A stretch of DNA of 64,000 nt from a virus. The notes beneath the pieces were generated by a model. The model saw only the letters and a list, made by a program, of their open reading frames with translations. It was not told the DNA's origin and did not search any database. Positions 48,482 to 58,494 of the stretch are shown here, one piece after another (the first letter of the stretch is position 1; each line of letters begins with the position of its first letter). The stretch spans positions 1-64,000 of the IMG/VR virus record IMGVR_UViG_3300025012_000053; one strand, written 5' to 3'. The translations under genes and the position numbers were made by a program.

Positions 48482-50935
48482 TTATTTTTTTATAGTTGCA
48501 GGTTTTGGTCTTGATCTCGCGATTTTCTCAGCACTCTGAACCTGCATTCGCACGATATTTCTTTGTTCTTTAAGTTTCTCATTGAACTGTCGGATCTTCT
48601 CTTTCATCTCTTCTTTACGCTGCGCGAGCTGCAGGCGAAGCTTTTCAAGTTCAAACTCGCGTTTTTCTGATTCATCATCCGTGATCTTACCGAGATCCTT
48701 ATCTTCTCCAAGCTTAGCGTATTCAACTTCTATCTGCATCTCTTTCATGTAGATCTCAGCATCAAGCCGGTTATTCTCAATTCTTTCTGCCTGTTCAAGT
48801 TTCATGAGTTCAAGTTCATTCAATGCCTGTTGAATTCTTTCCTGGCTTTCAAGTTGTTCTTTACGTACATCATCTTCTCTTTGATTGCGTTGTTCTTCAC
48901 TATCTTCAAGTTTACGGATCATACCAGCGACACTTGTATCACGATATATTGTAAATAGATCTTTAAATGTAGCCTTGTCATTCTGAAGAGCTGCAAGAGA
49001 TAATTGTTTTATCGCTGCTATGAGTTCTGCATCATTCTGTCCATCGGATATATAATAGCCATAATCCGTTTCAGCAAACTTCCTTCCGTCAACTTCAAAG
49101 AGATGTGTTATCATACCATCATCAACATACTGAAGTTTTTTAATATTCTCTCCTGTTGCATTCTTCCATGCATACTTGGCTGTCTCAAGAAGACATTCAA
49201 GTACACGAAGTTTTGTATTATCGTGTACCCTAAACCATTCTTCAGTAATATGTGAGCTCTGGGTAACGGATCTTTCTACTCCTCCATATGTTTCCCTGTT
49301 ATCAATCTGTCCTTCGCGTTGAGGAGTAATACCGGCTACTTCACCAAGTTCATTTTTTACATATTGTGCCAGTTTAAGATTAGCAAGAATAACTTCTGAA
49401 CTATTGAGATTAAGAACATTGGAATTCCTTTGTTTTATCGTAGACAACAATTTACCCTGGGCAATACCTTTTTTACCTTCCTTGAACGAATCAGTGACCA
49501 TGTATCCATTGGCCTCTGCATACATCATTACAAGTTCCTCATCCCATCCATCAGGAATCTCTGCCAGGTCCAGTTCTGCAATAACTCCTTTATTACGTGC
49601 CGATGCAAGTTCCGTCCTGCGCATGTATACATTATAAAGGTATTTATATGGTTTAACACGGTCCATAAGCGATACACCTGTGCCTCCACCTATCGAATAT
49701 ATTGTTCCTATATATGGCGGAAGACATATTGACGGATTGGAAAACTTACTTCCTATCCTGGGAAGAGACTCAATACGCTTATACATATCAACTCCTATCT
49801 TATGCCCCTGCCACCATTCATTTATCCATCTCCAATCGATCTTCCAGCCAAGATTCTTAAACTGATCGATAGGGAAGTTCTCATCAACGATAGTCTCCTG
49901 TTCATCTCCTTTAGGATCATAATATGTCAATCTCCCTATCTTACGTCTGCTCTTCCATACAATCTTCGCAACGAAGATATTTCCTTCTGAATCAAACTGT
50001 CCACCAAAGTTACGGGCATCAGGACCATCAACAGTAATAAGTTGTGTGGCACCAAGACCACGAACATTAGGTTCATCTCTGTCAACGGGTCCACTGAATA
50101 CTATGTTTGATGCAAATCTATTTTCCCGGGCTCCTATTTCCAAGGTGTCAATCTCATCAGAAGTAAGGACATCCCAATAATCATCAATAACCTTCCCGAT
50201 AGGAACATAACCGCTGTCAATGATTATCTCTGAATCCTCTATCTTATAACTATCTCCTCCTCCAAATGTTGATATATTAAGTACATTCCGTTTACTGACA
50301 ACCGGTTCTCCATGCAGTATTGGCACCTCATATATTTCCTCGGCACCAACAAGAACATCATAAAAAGCATCTGAGAATATGTTCTTAAGCTTTTGAGTGT
50401 ACCAGAAATAATCAAGGATCCGTTGGCCCATCACTTCACCGTAATCCTGGTATTCATAATTATGATAATGTTGTAATTGTTTTAACCTTCGGGCAACCTG
50501 TTCCTCATTATATCCACCACTGGTTATCTCCTGGGAAATAAGACCAAAGACCTGTTCCCTCATCATGAACTCTTTCTCACTGACAACATCCGGGTTAACA
50601 CTTCGTAATCGCCATTCAAACCTGCGCTTCCCCTCTTCTCCTTTTAGTACATTGAACTTTGTCAGTTCGATAGGATAGTTCTGGATCTTTGCAGGAAAGT
50701 TAACTCCTTTTATTCCCATAGGATTAAATGCCTTCTCTATGTCACTCTCATCAATGATCCCATTTATAAGATCATAGTTGATCTGTTTTGCAACCCGGGA
50801 TTTACGAATCTTACTTGTATCGCCATTGGTTATTGTCAGGCCAGCCTCAATACATTCCTTACCCCATTCTTCTGTTTTTTCACGAAGTAGTTTTTTCTGA
50901 GAAGGAAATTGGTAAATAGTCATTGTAGTTGCCAT
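48482..50935 (-). CDS. Portal protein
   Basis: 817 aa after TerL; FPAKIQNYPI...LKGEEGKR, WINEWWQG, SLMDRVKPYKYLYN, GITPQREGQI, SSHITE. Confidence 0.92.
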   Translation of the reverse strand: MATTMTIYQFPSQKKLLREKTEEWGKECIEAGLTITNGDTSKIRKSRVAKQINYDLINGIIDESDIEKAFNPMGIKGVNFPAKIQNYPIELTKFNVLKGEEGKRRFEWRLRSVNPDVVSEKEFMMREQVFGLISQEITSGGYNEEQVARRLKQLQHYHNYEYQDYGEVMGQRILDYFWYTQKLKNIFSDAFYDVLVGAEEIYEVPILHGEPVVSKRNVLNISTFGGGDSYKIEDSEIIIDSGYVPIGKVIDDYWDVLTSDEIDTLEIGARENRFASNIVFSGPVDRDEPNVRGLGATQLITVDGPDARNFGGQFDSEGNIFVAKIVWKSRRKIGRLTYYDPKGDEQETIVDENFPIDQFKNLGWKIDWRWINEWWQGHKIGVDMYKRIESLPRIGSKFSNPSICLPPYIGTIYSIGGGTGVSLMDRVKPYKYLYNVYMRRTELASARNKGVIAELDLAEIPDGWDEELVMMYAEANGYMVTDSFKEGKKGIAQGKLLSTIKQRNSNVLNLNSSEVILANLKLAQYVKNELGEVAGITPQREGQIDNRETYGGVERSVTQSSHITEEWFRVHDNTKLRVLECLLETAKYAWKNATGENIKKLQYVDDGMITHLFEVDGRKFAETDYGYYISDGQNDAELIAAIKQLSLAALQNDKATFKDLFTIYRDTSVAGMIRKLEDSEEQRNQREDDVRKEQLESQERIQQALNELELMKLEQAERIENNRLDAEIYMKEMQIEVEYAKLGEDKDLGKITDDESEKREFELEKLRLQLAQRKEEMKEKIRQFNEKLKEQRNIVRMQVQSAEKIARSRPKPATIKK

Positions 50936-50946
50936 TGCAGTATGGT

Positions 50947-53073
50947 TTAATTTTTATTACGATTTTCTAACTGAAGTCTTTTATTGATTGTTGAGAATGG
51001 ATTCGATTCCTGTTTCAGTTTTTCCTGGAACATCTCCATCCTTTTAAAGAAAGGGCTTAAAGCATCTTGTGGTTTCTTATCCATGTCATCAGGGTGAATA
51101 TGCTGCATGTCCTCTTTAAGTATCATAAGCATCTGTAAAGCATCAACCCTATCAAAGTTACCCTTTGGATTCCAATATATTAACTCCTGTAATAAAGGAA
51201 TTGAACGGATTCTATGGAGATTTAATATTTCACTACCAGGTTCTATAGATGTTGTCAGCCAGATAAGTATTTGTTCTCTTCCCCATTTCTGTATAGGAGC
51301 CGTTCCTGGCGTTCCTTTACCTCTGTTTAACAGAGACTTATCGAATATCTTATCAACGATTATCTTGGGAGTATCACATAGTAAATGTGCTGAGTGTCTG
51401 TTATTTAAATATGTAAATAAACCTTTCCAGTTATTTTCATAGTTACAAATAGCTCTGTAATAGATTAGTAACCTTCTTACTCCTTCATAATATTCATTTG
51501 CAGTGGAGGGACGACCGGTATATTCTGCAACTATCCTCTCCGTAATCCGGTTCATTATGAATGTACTACCAAGAGAATCAGTAGTACTCTTATCATGATC
51601 ATAAGTATCATTACCGGCAATATATATACCCCATGGAATAACACCATCTATAATAACCGGTTGTTCGTATATTATTATTGCACCCTGCAGATTGCGTTTA
51701 TCAAGTTCCGGGAACCTTCTTATAGGATGAAGATCGGCACTTGGTTTCCATTCTATCTTTTGTGTCTCTTCATTTATCTCAAGAAAACCAACATATTCCT
51801 GTTCTTCATATTTTTCAGGATTAGAAGTAAGATGATTAAGATGATGTTTAAGATCATTGATAGGAAAGATAGTCCCACCAATACGCATAACAGCTTCCTG
51901 GGGTGTACGTGGTTCTTCTGCAATGAATCTTATAATGGTTTCAGGGTTCTTTGTTGCTTTAATAATCTTATTCCTTGAATGATCAACCATCTCCCTGGCA
52001 ATATCTTTTAATGAATTTCCATCCTTATCCATTGCTCCTTCAAGATTCTGTTCAATAGAAACAAAATGACCACACTTACTATTCAAAGATCCTTCATCCC
52101 ATATATTAGGAACCTGATGAATATTATATGCATCACCCTGGTAGAATAACTGTTCAAGTCCCATAAAATCAGAGTCTTCCGTACCCCCGGTCCCAAAACT
52201 TACGGCTAAACCATGAGTAAGACGACCCTGTTGCATGCTTTTTAACGAGATGTTCCATGCCTGAAGAAGATTAGGATTCTTACCCGATTCCTCATAGATC
52301 AAAAGTTTACCACCCTTCCCCCTTACTTTTTGATAATCATTCTTCATTGAGATACCCATTATTTCACTCTTGAATCCTTTCTCAATCTTAAGACCTTTCT
52401 GATCTACTATATAAGATGATCTCTTATACATTGTAGTATCATGCTTCTGTCTTCTTTTTCCCCAGGGTGTATGTTGTTCGATATGATCCATCATCTCCCA
52501 TGCTTTTGAGAGAAGACCATCTTCAATAAGGAATGCTTTATCATCTGCAAATACAAAACTCTTGGATCCTGGAATAAGATAATAGTTCCTATCGCACATT
52601 GAACCAGCCTTGTAACTATATCCTCTACGTCTTGATTTAATTACAACGCCATGTTCACCATTTGCTTCTGCATCATCAAGATACCAGAAATACTGATAAT
52701 CACCATCCCAGAAATCAGGAAGAGTAAAAACACGATCTGCTTTTGCCTGTTGGTAAAGTTTAGCGACTGCATCCTGATCCGTTTCATCATCAGGAATATC
52801 AATTTCTATAGCTTTATAAATAGGACTGTAATTAAGGTAGAAATAAAAATAGCCGGGGATCTTATCCCGGCCTATATCATATCCATATACTGATCGTCTT
52901 GCTTCTTCTTCCCAGAATTTATAATACCTGGATGACGGATGATCATTTACAGGATAGTTAGTATATCTTTCAAACTCGTTAAAATGTAAAGCGCTCTCGC
53001 GCCATACCTCAGTATTATAGTGTAATGTATTCTTAAAATAACCTGTTTCTATAATTGCCTTGTTGTCATCCAT
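50947..53073 (-). CDS. terL: Terminase large subunit
   Basis: KSRRRGYSYK (crAss Walker A variant), YEESGK, FGTGG, YIAGNDTYD, GNFDRVDAL. Confidence 0.93.
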   Translation of the reverse strand: MDDNKAIIETGYFKNTLHYNTEVWRESALHFNEFERYTNYPVNDHPSSRYYKFWEEEARRSVYGYDIGRDKIPGYFYFYLNYSPIYKAIEIDIPDDETDQDAVAKLYQQAKADRVFTLPDFWDGDYQYFWYLDDAEANGEHGVVIKSRRRGYSYKAGSMCDRNYYLIPGSKSFVFADDKAFLIEDGLLSKAWEMMDHIEQHTPWGKRRQKHDTTMYKRSSYIVDQKGLKIEKGFKSEIMGISMKNDYQKVRGKGGKLLIYEESGKNPNLLQAWNISLKSMQQGRLTHGLAVSFGTGGTEDSDFMGLEQLFYQGDAYNIHQVPNIWDEGSLNSKCGHFVSIEQNLEGAMDKDGNSLKDIAREMVDHSRNKIIKATKNPETIIRFIAEEPRTPQEAVMRIGGTIFPINDLKHHLNHLTSNPEKYEEQEYVGFLEINEETQKIEWKPSADLHPIRRFPELDKRNLQGAIIIYEQPVIIDGVIPWGIYIAGNDTYDHDKSTTDSLGSTFIMNRITERIVAEYTGRPSTANEYYEGVRRLLIYYRAICNYENNWKGLFTYLNNRHSAHLLCDTPKIIVDKIFDKSLLNRGKGTPGTAPIQKWGREQILIWLTTSIEPGSEILNLHRIRSIPLLQELIYWNPKGNFDRVDALQMLMILKEDMQHIHPDDMDKKPQDALSPFFKRMEMFQEKLKQESNPFSTINKRLQLENRNKN

Positions 53074-53606
53074 GTTGCTTTCTCAGTATCTTCGAAAATA
53101 CCAACTTTACCACCACCGCGTATTGACATCTGATCCTCTTCACCATAAATCTTTTTTTCCCATTTCTCAAGATCCTCAACAATAGATCCTACATCTTTCA
53201 ATGCTTTAGTGGCCAGGGCCGGGTTATATGATTTGGTATCATTGTCACTATTAAACTTTAAAGCTTCATTGAACTTGATTATTGAATCAACAGTGTCACG
53301 TATACTGCGAAGATATCTCATTGATGATGTCTCCTGCAGTTTAATATATTTCTTTATTGCTTCTTCAATAATATCATCAGTTACATATTCCGGATCTTCC
53401 ATTACTTCCCGGGATATCATGGAACGTTTTTCAATACCATAAATATTATACTCACTTTTATAGTCTGCCACAAAATAAACATAGGCGAGTTGTTTGGTCG
53501 CTTTTTCTTTATTCTTTGAAATATCTCTATCCCATATCTTCCTGAACTCCGGGATCAACAGCATCCTGGGTTCTATCGTTACCTTGTTCTGATTGAGAAT
53601 AAACAT
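53049..53606 (-). CDS. Putative terminase small subunit / conserved protein upstream of TerL
   Basis: Helical 185 aa overlapping the TerL start, ending IRGGGKVGIFED. Confidence 0.5.
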   Translation of the reverse strand: MFILNQNKVTIEPRMLLIPEFRKIWDRDISKNKEKATKQLAYVYFVADYKSEYNIYGIEKRSMISREVMEDPEYVTDDIIEEAIKKYIKLQETSSMRYLRSIRDTVDSIIKFNEALKFNSDNDTKSYNPALATKALKDVGSIVEDLEKWEKKIYGEEDQMSIRGGGKVGIFEDTEKATWMTTRQL

Positions 53607-53850
53607 CTTCTATTGTTTTTTTACTTTTGTTTACAAAGAAATTACGCTTACCTTTTTTCACTTTGAAACATCCAAAATATTCTAATCGCACATAAGGGAA
53701 ATAATTATTATAAGAATCAACTTTCTTCATCGTTTCCTTGACCATCTCAAATTCAACAGAGACAATCATCTTAACGGTATTTTTATGTATTCCGTGTTTC
53801 TTAGCTATTTCTTCGCATATGCGATCAATTCGTTTTGAGTGGATGTCCAT
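53527..53850 (-). CDS. HU/IHF-like DNA-binding protein
   Basis: EEIAKKHGI...VKMIV..EF...VRLEYFGCFKVK. Confidence 0.65.
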   Translation of the reverse strand: MDIHSKRIDRICEEIAKKHGIHKNTVKMIVSVEFEMVKETMKKVDSYNNYFPYVRLEYFGCFKVKKGKRNFFVNKSKKTIEDVYSQSEQGNDRTQDAVDPGVQEDMG

Positions 53851-54238
53851 TTAACCTGAATGTAAAAGTTAAACTACGATCATCAGCTAATATTACAAAT
53901 ATCGGCTTAATATTCTTTCCTTCCAAAATGCCAAGATTTCTTAATTGAGAAATATATATATTAAGATGATGCTCCTTCATTTTAAGATTATCACAGATCA
54001 TCTCCTTTACTTCTCTTGAAAAAAGCTGAGCAGATCTATCCTTTTCAGGTATATTCTTATACTCATCATTAAAGTAAAGTAGTTGTGCAAGGACTCTCAT
54101 AGGTTTATCGCTAAGAGTAGCCTTACGATTACCGGTAATATGCTTGAGCATGGAATCTATAGCCGGCTTCTTGAGGATCAGATACTCGAGAAAGAATTTT
54201 TCCCTGGTTGTTGTGATATTGATATTTTCTGCGAGCAT
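53825..54238 (-). CDS. Winged-helix-like DNA-binding protein
   Basis: KEMICDNLKMKEHHLNIYISQLRNLGIL helix-turn-helix-like segment. Confidence 0.5.
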   Translation of the reverse strand: MLAENINITTTREKFFLEYLILKKPAIDSMLKHITGNRKATLSDKPMRVLAQLLYFNDEYKNIPEKDRSAQLFSREVKEMICDNLKMKEHHLNIYISQLRNLGILEGKNIKPIFVILADDRSLTFTFRLNGHPLKTN

Positions 54239-54285
54239 GATTAAATTTTATAAAATCAAAATTTATAAATTTCAATTTAATACAC

Positions 54286-54317
54286 AAAAGCCAGGTGAGG
54301 AACATCCCCCCTGGCTT
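54286..54317 (-). terminator. Hairpin with U-rich tail (terminator or attenuator)
   Basis: AAGCCAGG (54288-54295) pairs with CCTGGCTT (54310-54317); the minus strand continues TTGTGT. Confidence 0.55.
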
Positions 54318-54373
54318 AAGTTTTTTAAGACGATGATTTAATAATTCTCCATACTGCAATCAAGTTACTTCGT

Positions 54374-54405
54374 CAAAGGTAAACTTGATTTTTATAAATT
54401 CCAAA
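54374..54405 (-). promoter_or_regulatory. Bacteroidota consensus promoter (-33 TTTG / -7 TAnnTTTG)
   Basis: Minus strand TTTG (54405-54402), 20 nt, then TACCTTTG (54381-54374): exact consensus in an intergenic region. Confidence 0.7.
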
Positions 54406-54428
54406 TTTATATTTTTCAGTTTTATAAA

Positions 54429-54857
54429 TTACTTTATGAGATTCGCTGCAGGAACCGTACAGAATATATCATGATCCTTTATGACCCAATAGAGCTCTTT
54501 GCAGATAACAAGAGGTTCTCCGGACTTTCCACGGTATAGAATATGGTCCCCTGTCTTGACAGATGGTTTAAGGAGTGTCCCCCCACCTATATCCCTTCCC
54601 GGGCCCACAGCCATAACAACACCCTGGTTAGGATGCTCATCCCATTTATTCTTAAATTCAATATCTGCCACCTCATAACGAAGTGCATCTGCTGTTTCTC
54701 TTTGTTCTCTTTCGAGTGCATTCTTAGGAGCCGGAGCATCGGCAAGTATAAGCTTGCCTTTCTCTGCACGTTTTTGATTTACATCCTTGATAAGCAACCT
54801 TCTTATTATTATATTGTCACTACAAGGTTTAACCGGAAATTGTTTTGTTGTACTCAT
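54429..54857 (-). CDS. groES: Co-chaperonin GroES-like protein with an extended mobile-loop region
   Basis: VKPCSDNIII...GVVMAVGPGR...VKTGDHILY..SGE...VIKDHDI. Confidence 0.85.
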   Translation of the reverse strand: MSTTKQFPVKPCSDNIIIRRLLIKDVNQKRAEKGKLILADAPAPKNALEREQRETADALRYEVADIEFKNKWDEHPNQGVVMAVGPGRDIGGGTLLKPSVKTGDHILYRGKSGEPLVICKELYWVIKDHDIFCTVPAANLIK

Positions 54858-54880
54858 AAATATTGGTTATTAGTTAATTA

Positions 54881-55324
54881 TTAAAACGAGAGATCATCTT
54901 CTATAGGAGTAGCATTATCGGATTTCACTGACAATATATCATCCTCATCATCGCTATCAATTCCAGGGAACTGATCTGAATAACTGTTAGACTGTGGTCT
55001 TATATCTGCTTTGATGATGTCATCAGCCTTATTGATTATCTTGATCTCCATTACATCAAGATTGGTGTAGAATGATTCTTCTTCATCCTTTCCTATCTTT
55101 CTCCCGGAGATCTTAAACTTACAGATTACAAAGTCTCCTTTCTTTGCACCATCTAACTGACTCATTATTTCATTGATACATTGGAATCTCAAGTATTCAA
55201 TGAATGTCCCTTTTTCGGTAGGGTTGTTGACCTGGATAATAAGTTCCTGCTTTTTGAACTTATCTGATTTAACCTGTGGCTCCATGATCTTATAGATCTT
55301 TCCTTTCTCTGTATAAATTTGCAT
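54881..55324 (-). CDS. DUF3127-family OB-fold / SSB-like protein
   Basis: GKIYKI...FKKQELII...FQC...GDFV..KFKISGR...YTNL, with an acidic tail ending EDDLSF. Confidence 0.75.
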   Translation of the reverse strand: MQIYTEKGKIYKIMEPQVKSDKFKKQELIIQVNNPTEKGTFIEYLRFQCINEIMSQLDGAKKGDFVICKFKISGRKIGKDEEESFYTNLDVMEIKIINKADDIIKADIRPQSNSYSDQFPGIDSDDEDDILSVKSDNATPIEDDLSF

Positions 55325-55348
55325 TTTATAAAATTGAGATTTATAAAA

Positions 55349-57868
55349 TTAAGAATTACTTTTTGCTTGCCCAATTCTTTTTACAGTTACTCCATCCTGA
55401 TCAGAAATATATCTGAAAGGATCTATCACTATACTTCCTGCAGGAAACATGCAGTTCCTGAACACTTCATGCTTAGTTCCTATAAAGAATATTCTTGCAT
55501 CACCAAGAAATTGATATAGCTCATTTTCTTTCTGACCTGAATTTGGATCCAATTCTCTGCTCTTGCTGAACATATATACAGGATCAACCCATGGATCATA
55601 CATCTTTATTTGTTTCTCGTCTATCCCTCTGTCAATTAATAAAAGTTCTTTTAATAAAAGAGATGGACTACCTATGGTAAGATTTGTTTCCGGTTTGAAT
55701 GTATAGCCAAGGATCATAATATCAAGATTACAGTCATTATTGAAATACTCATCTTCTATAAGCTGAGCAAGCCATTCTGTCTGTTTCTCCCGGGCCATCA
55801 TAAGATTCTCCCACCAGTCATAAGAGATATTGAGTTTCTTTGCAATATGACTCAGGGCAATATTATCCCTGGGATGACAATTATGAACTGTACCACAAGG
55901 TACAACATAAGTATTATGTCTATCAATCCAGAGATTATAAACTGGTCCTTTAAACCATGTTTTATGTATCTGTATTATATGACGAAAAGTTCCTTTATTG
56001 GTGACTACATAGTTTTGAATGTCTACTGGATTTTCAATTTTATCCCATCCAATAATATCACATAATTTAGAAGCAAGATATTTATTTCTAACTCTTACTT
56101 CATATGCTTTCTTATGAATACCTCTTGGTGGGATAACCCTCAACGAAGGACAAAGATCAAGACGATGTAGTATTATAAAACTCCCCCAAGCAAGATCTTT
56201 CGAAATTGTACTATATGAAATTCCATTCTTATTTCTATGTCCATCTCCAAGAATTAATCCTTTCAAAAGCAATAGCGATTGTTTTGACCATAAAATTTGA
56301 GGAGGAATATATTTTGTAGCTGCGCCTTTACCAAAATCATTAAATAATAATTCTGCAAGTCTTTTTGATCCAAATCTTACAGATAAACTATTCCCTTCTA
56401 TTTTAATAGTAACTCTTGAAAAAAGACCTCTTAAATTTTTCCTTTTTGGAATAAGACCAAATCTCTCTGATGTTATTCTTTCAATTAATTCTTTAATTCG
56501 TTCAGCATACATCATTTCTTTTGCATGCAAATCGAATCTTATTCTTCCCCTTCTCGAATTTAATTCAAGAGATCCCTCGCTTAAATACCAACCTGCAAGT
56601 TCAAGATATTCAGGAGGCATTCCAGGTTCTCTTCCTTCGTTAATCTTAGGCCAATACAACATATTATCATATGTTAGATCTGATGCTTTTATCTCATTGT
56701 CATCTGACATCAATTCTGATATCTTTAATAAAGTATTCCTTCTCCCATCAGGAACCCTTGTTCTCAAATCAGTTGAAGCAATAACAGGATGATCAGCAGT
56801 CATTAATGTATGAGGAAGTCCTTTTGTTTTTAACAAAATCATATCTCCTTCATAATCCCTTACATATGTTTTTATTACTTTGCAAAATTCACCATTTCCC
56901 GAAAGCACCATGTCTCCTTCATTTATTTCTTCGATAGGTTTCATTCCATTATATGTCATTACAAGTTGTCCTGCAGGAAAACAGCCGCCTCCATCCCCCA
57001 TTCCTGCTCTCATATATGAAGCTGAAATGATTCTCCTATCAGCTAAGGATAAAGCATCAATAAGATGATCCACATCGGCTCCGGTCTTTTCACATAACTC
57101 CATAGCTGCATTAGCAAAGCAGATCTTACCTGTAATGTAAGTATTGTATAGGACCTTGATTGCCTCAGCTGTATTGATAGAGCATTCAAACACTTTAGGA
57201 AAATAATCAGCTTCCCGTGGAAATGGATTTAATACTTTTTTATAGAAATCCTTAACAATTTCTGCAGCATAAGGATCATCAACCCCCAGGAGAACGAATT
57301 CCGGATAAAGGAAATCCTGTATTGTAGTACCCATTGCAATAAAGAATGGATTATAAACAATATGTAGATTAGTTAATTCTTTTGGTACTAAAGGAAATAT
57401 CTCGCGGTACATCGTTCCGGGAAGCACCGTTGATATTATACTTACAACGAATTGCTTCCTTTCTGTTTCATCAGACATTCCATCCAAAATCATACCATTT
57501 ATATATTCATTATAATGAACAATCTCCTGAATGATATCCTTCATTCCGGCAATAAGATATGAATAGTCGAAATCCACCCTTTCTTTCGGAAGAGGTGTTA
57601 TTCCTTCATACCTGGGATCATGTGGTGTCTGGATAGATACAAAACAGATATCACTTTCTGTAAGCACAGAAAATAGATTCTTTACTTCTATTTTCGTTTT
57701 TTGAAGTAACTCTTCCGCTCCCTCTTCGCGATACGGAATCTTCTTTTCATCGATGTATCTTTGTATTTGTGGATTAACATCATATCCACATACCTGATAG
57801 CCTCTTGACTCTACAGCGAGAGCACAGGGCAAGCCCAACTTACCTAAAGCCACAAAACCGATTTTCAT
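55349..57868 (-). CDS. ugd: UDP-glucose/GDP-mannose dehydrogenase family enzyme (about 471-aa extein) interrupted by an intein
   Basis: KIGFVALGKLG, GYD, IQTP, STVLPGT, YNP.F, AEAIKVLYN, GDGGG|intein|CHPRDN, GYTFKPET, YDP. Confidence 0.88.
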   Translation of the reverse strand: MKIGFVALGKLGLPCALAVESRGYQVCGYDVNPQIQRYIDEKKIPYREEGAEELLQKTKIEVKNLFSVLTESDICFVSIQTPHDPRYEGITPLPKERVDFDYSYLIAGMKDIIQEIVHYNEYINGMILDGMSDETERKQFVVSIISTVLPGTMYREIFPLVPKELTNLHIVYNPFFIAMGTTIQDFLYPEFVLLGVDDPYAAEIVKDFYKKVLNPFPREADYFPKVFECSINTAEAIKVLYNTYITGKICFANAAMELCEKTGADVDHLIDALSLADRRIISASYMRAGMGDGGGCFPAGQLVMTYNGMKPIEEINEGDMVLSGNGEFCKVIKTYVRDYEGDMILLKTKGLPHTLMTADHPVIASTDLRTRVPDGRRNTLLKISELMSDDNEIKASDLTYDNMLYWPKINEGREPGMPPEYLELAGWYLSEGSLELNSRRGRIRFDLHAKEMMYAERIKELIERITSERFGLIPKRKNLRGLFSRVTIKIEGNSLSVRFGSKRLAELLFNDFGKGAATKYIPPQILWSKQSLLLLKGLILGDGHRNKNGISYSTISKDLAWGSFIILHRLDLCPSLRVIPPRGIHKKAYEVRVRNKYLASKLCDIIGWDKIENPVDIQNYVVTNKGTFRHIIQIHKTWFKGPVYNLWIDRHNTYVVPCGTVHNCHPRDNIALSHIAKKLNISYDWWENLMMAREKQTEWLAQLIEDEYFNNDCNLDIMILGYTFKPETNLTIGSPSLLLKELLLIDRGIDEKQIKMYDPWVDPVYMFSKSRELDPNSGQKENELYQFLGDARIFFIGTKHEVFRNCMFPAGSIVIDPFRYISDQDGVTVKRIGQAKSNS
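55880..56983 (-). mobile_element. Intein (368 aa) with a LAGLIDADG homing endonuclease
   Basis: Starts CFPAGQLV, block B MTADHP, LAGWYLSEG and LLKGLILGDG motifs, ends VYNL...VHN followed by Cys. Confidence 0.93.
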
Positions 57869-58494
57869 AATATATGAGTTTTAAGTTTAAAAAATCCATT
57901 AGATTCTTTATTCGAGTTCCAGTTCTCTTTTATCCCTTTCATACTATATCCGGACCATACTACTTCAATAAGATGACTCTGGAATGTATTACTCCACCAT
58001 GTAATATCTTCTCTTATTATATGTGTTGAATCAAGTTCGTATGCTGGTTCGTTATATGTCATGCCATTATTAGACAGTGGTACTATAACGAAGATATTAT
58101 CTGAACAAGATCGGATCTCTTTTATTATATCATTGATCTTATCATAACCAATATGCTCAAGAACATCTTTACAGATGATCCAGTTCCATCTTTTCTTTTT
58201 CCAGAATTCTCCGCTATAAATATATTCATCTATATCAACAGGTACATTCTCAAGAGCATATTCGCTTATATCATATCCATAGGCATTAAAACCAAGTAAT
58301 CGGAAAGCCTTAACAAGATATCCCATTGCGCAACCAAAATCCAAGATGGTATCTTCATCAAGTATTACAAGTTCATTTGATAGTCTGTATGCCAATGGTA
58401 TTGTTAATTCAGGCATCCACCGGTACTGAGAATAAAGACTCTTTCCCGTTTCTAATCCCCTGATGTAATAATCCTCATCGTACTTTTCCATCAT
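57865..58494 (-). CDS. Class I SAM-dependent methyltransferase
   Basis: ILDFGCAMG, GYDIS, KDVLEHI. Confidence 0.88.
   Translation of the reverse strand: MMEKYDEDYYIRGLETGKSLYSQYRWMPELTIPLAYRLSNELVILDEDTILDFGCAMGYLVKAFRLLGFNAYGYDISEYALENVPVDIDEYIYSGEFWKKKRWNWIICKDVLEHIGYDKINDIIKEIRSCSDNIFVIVPLSNNGMTYNEPAYELDSTHIIREDITWWSNTFQSHLIEVVWSGYSMKGIKENWNSNKESNGFFKLKTHIL

Noticed and set aside
50947-53073. Intein or intron in the terminase or capsid genes
   Set aside because: Lengths are ordinary and no C...HN splice motifs or frame breaks are seen.
54129-54359. 76-aa minus-strand ORF across the regulatory gap
   Set aside because: It overlaps the hairpin, the TTTATAAA boxes and the next gene in another frame, and has no protein-like features.
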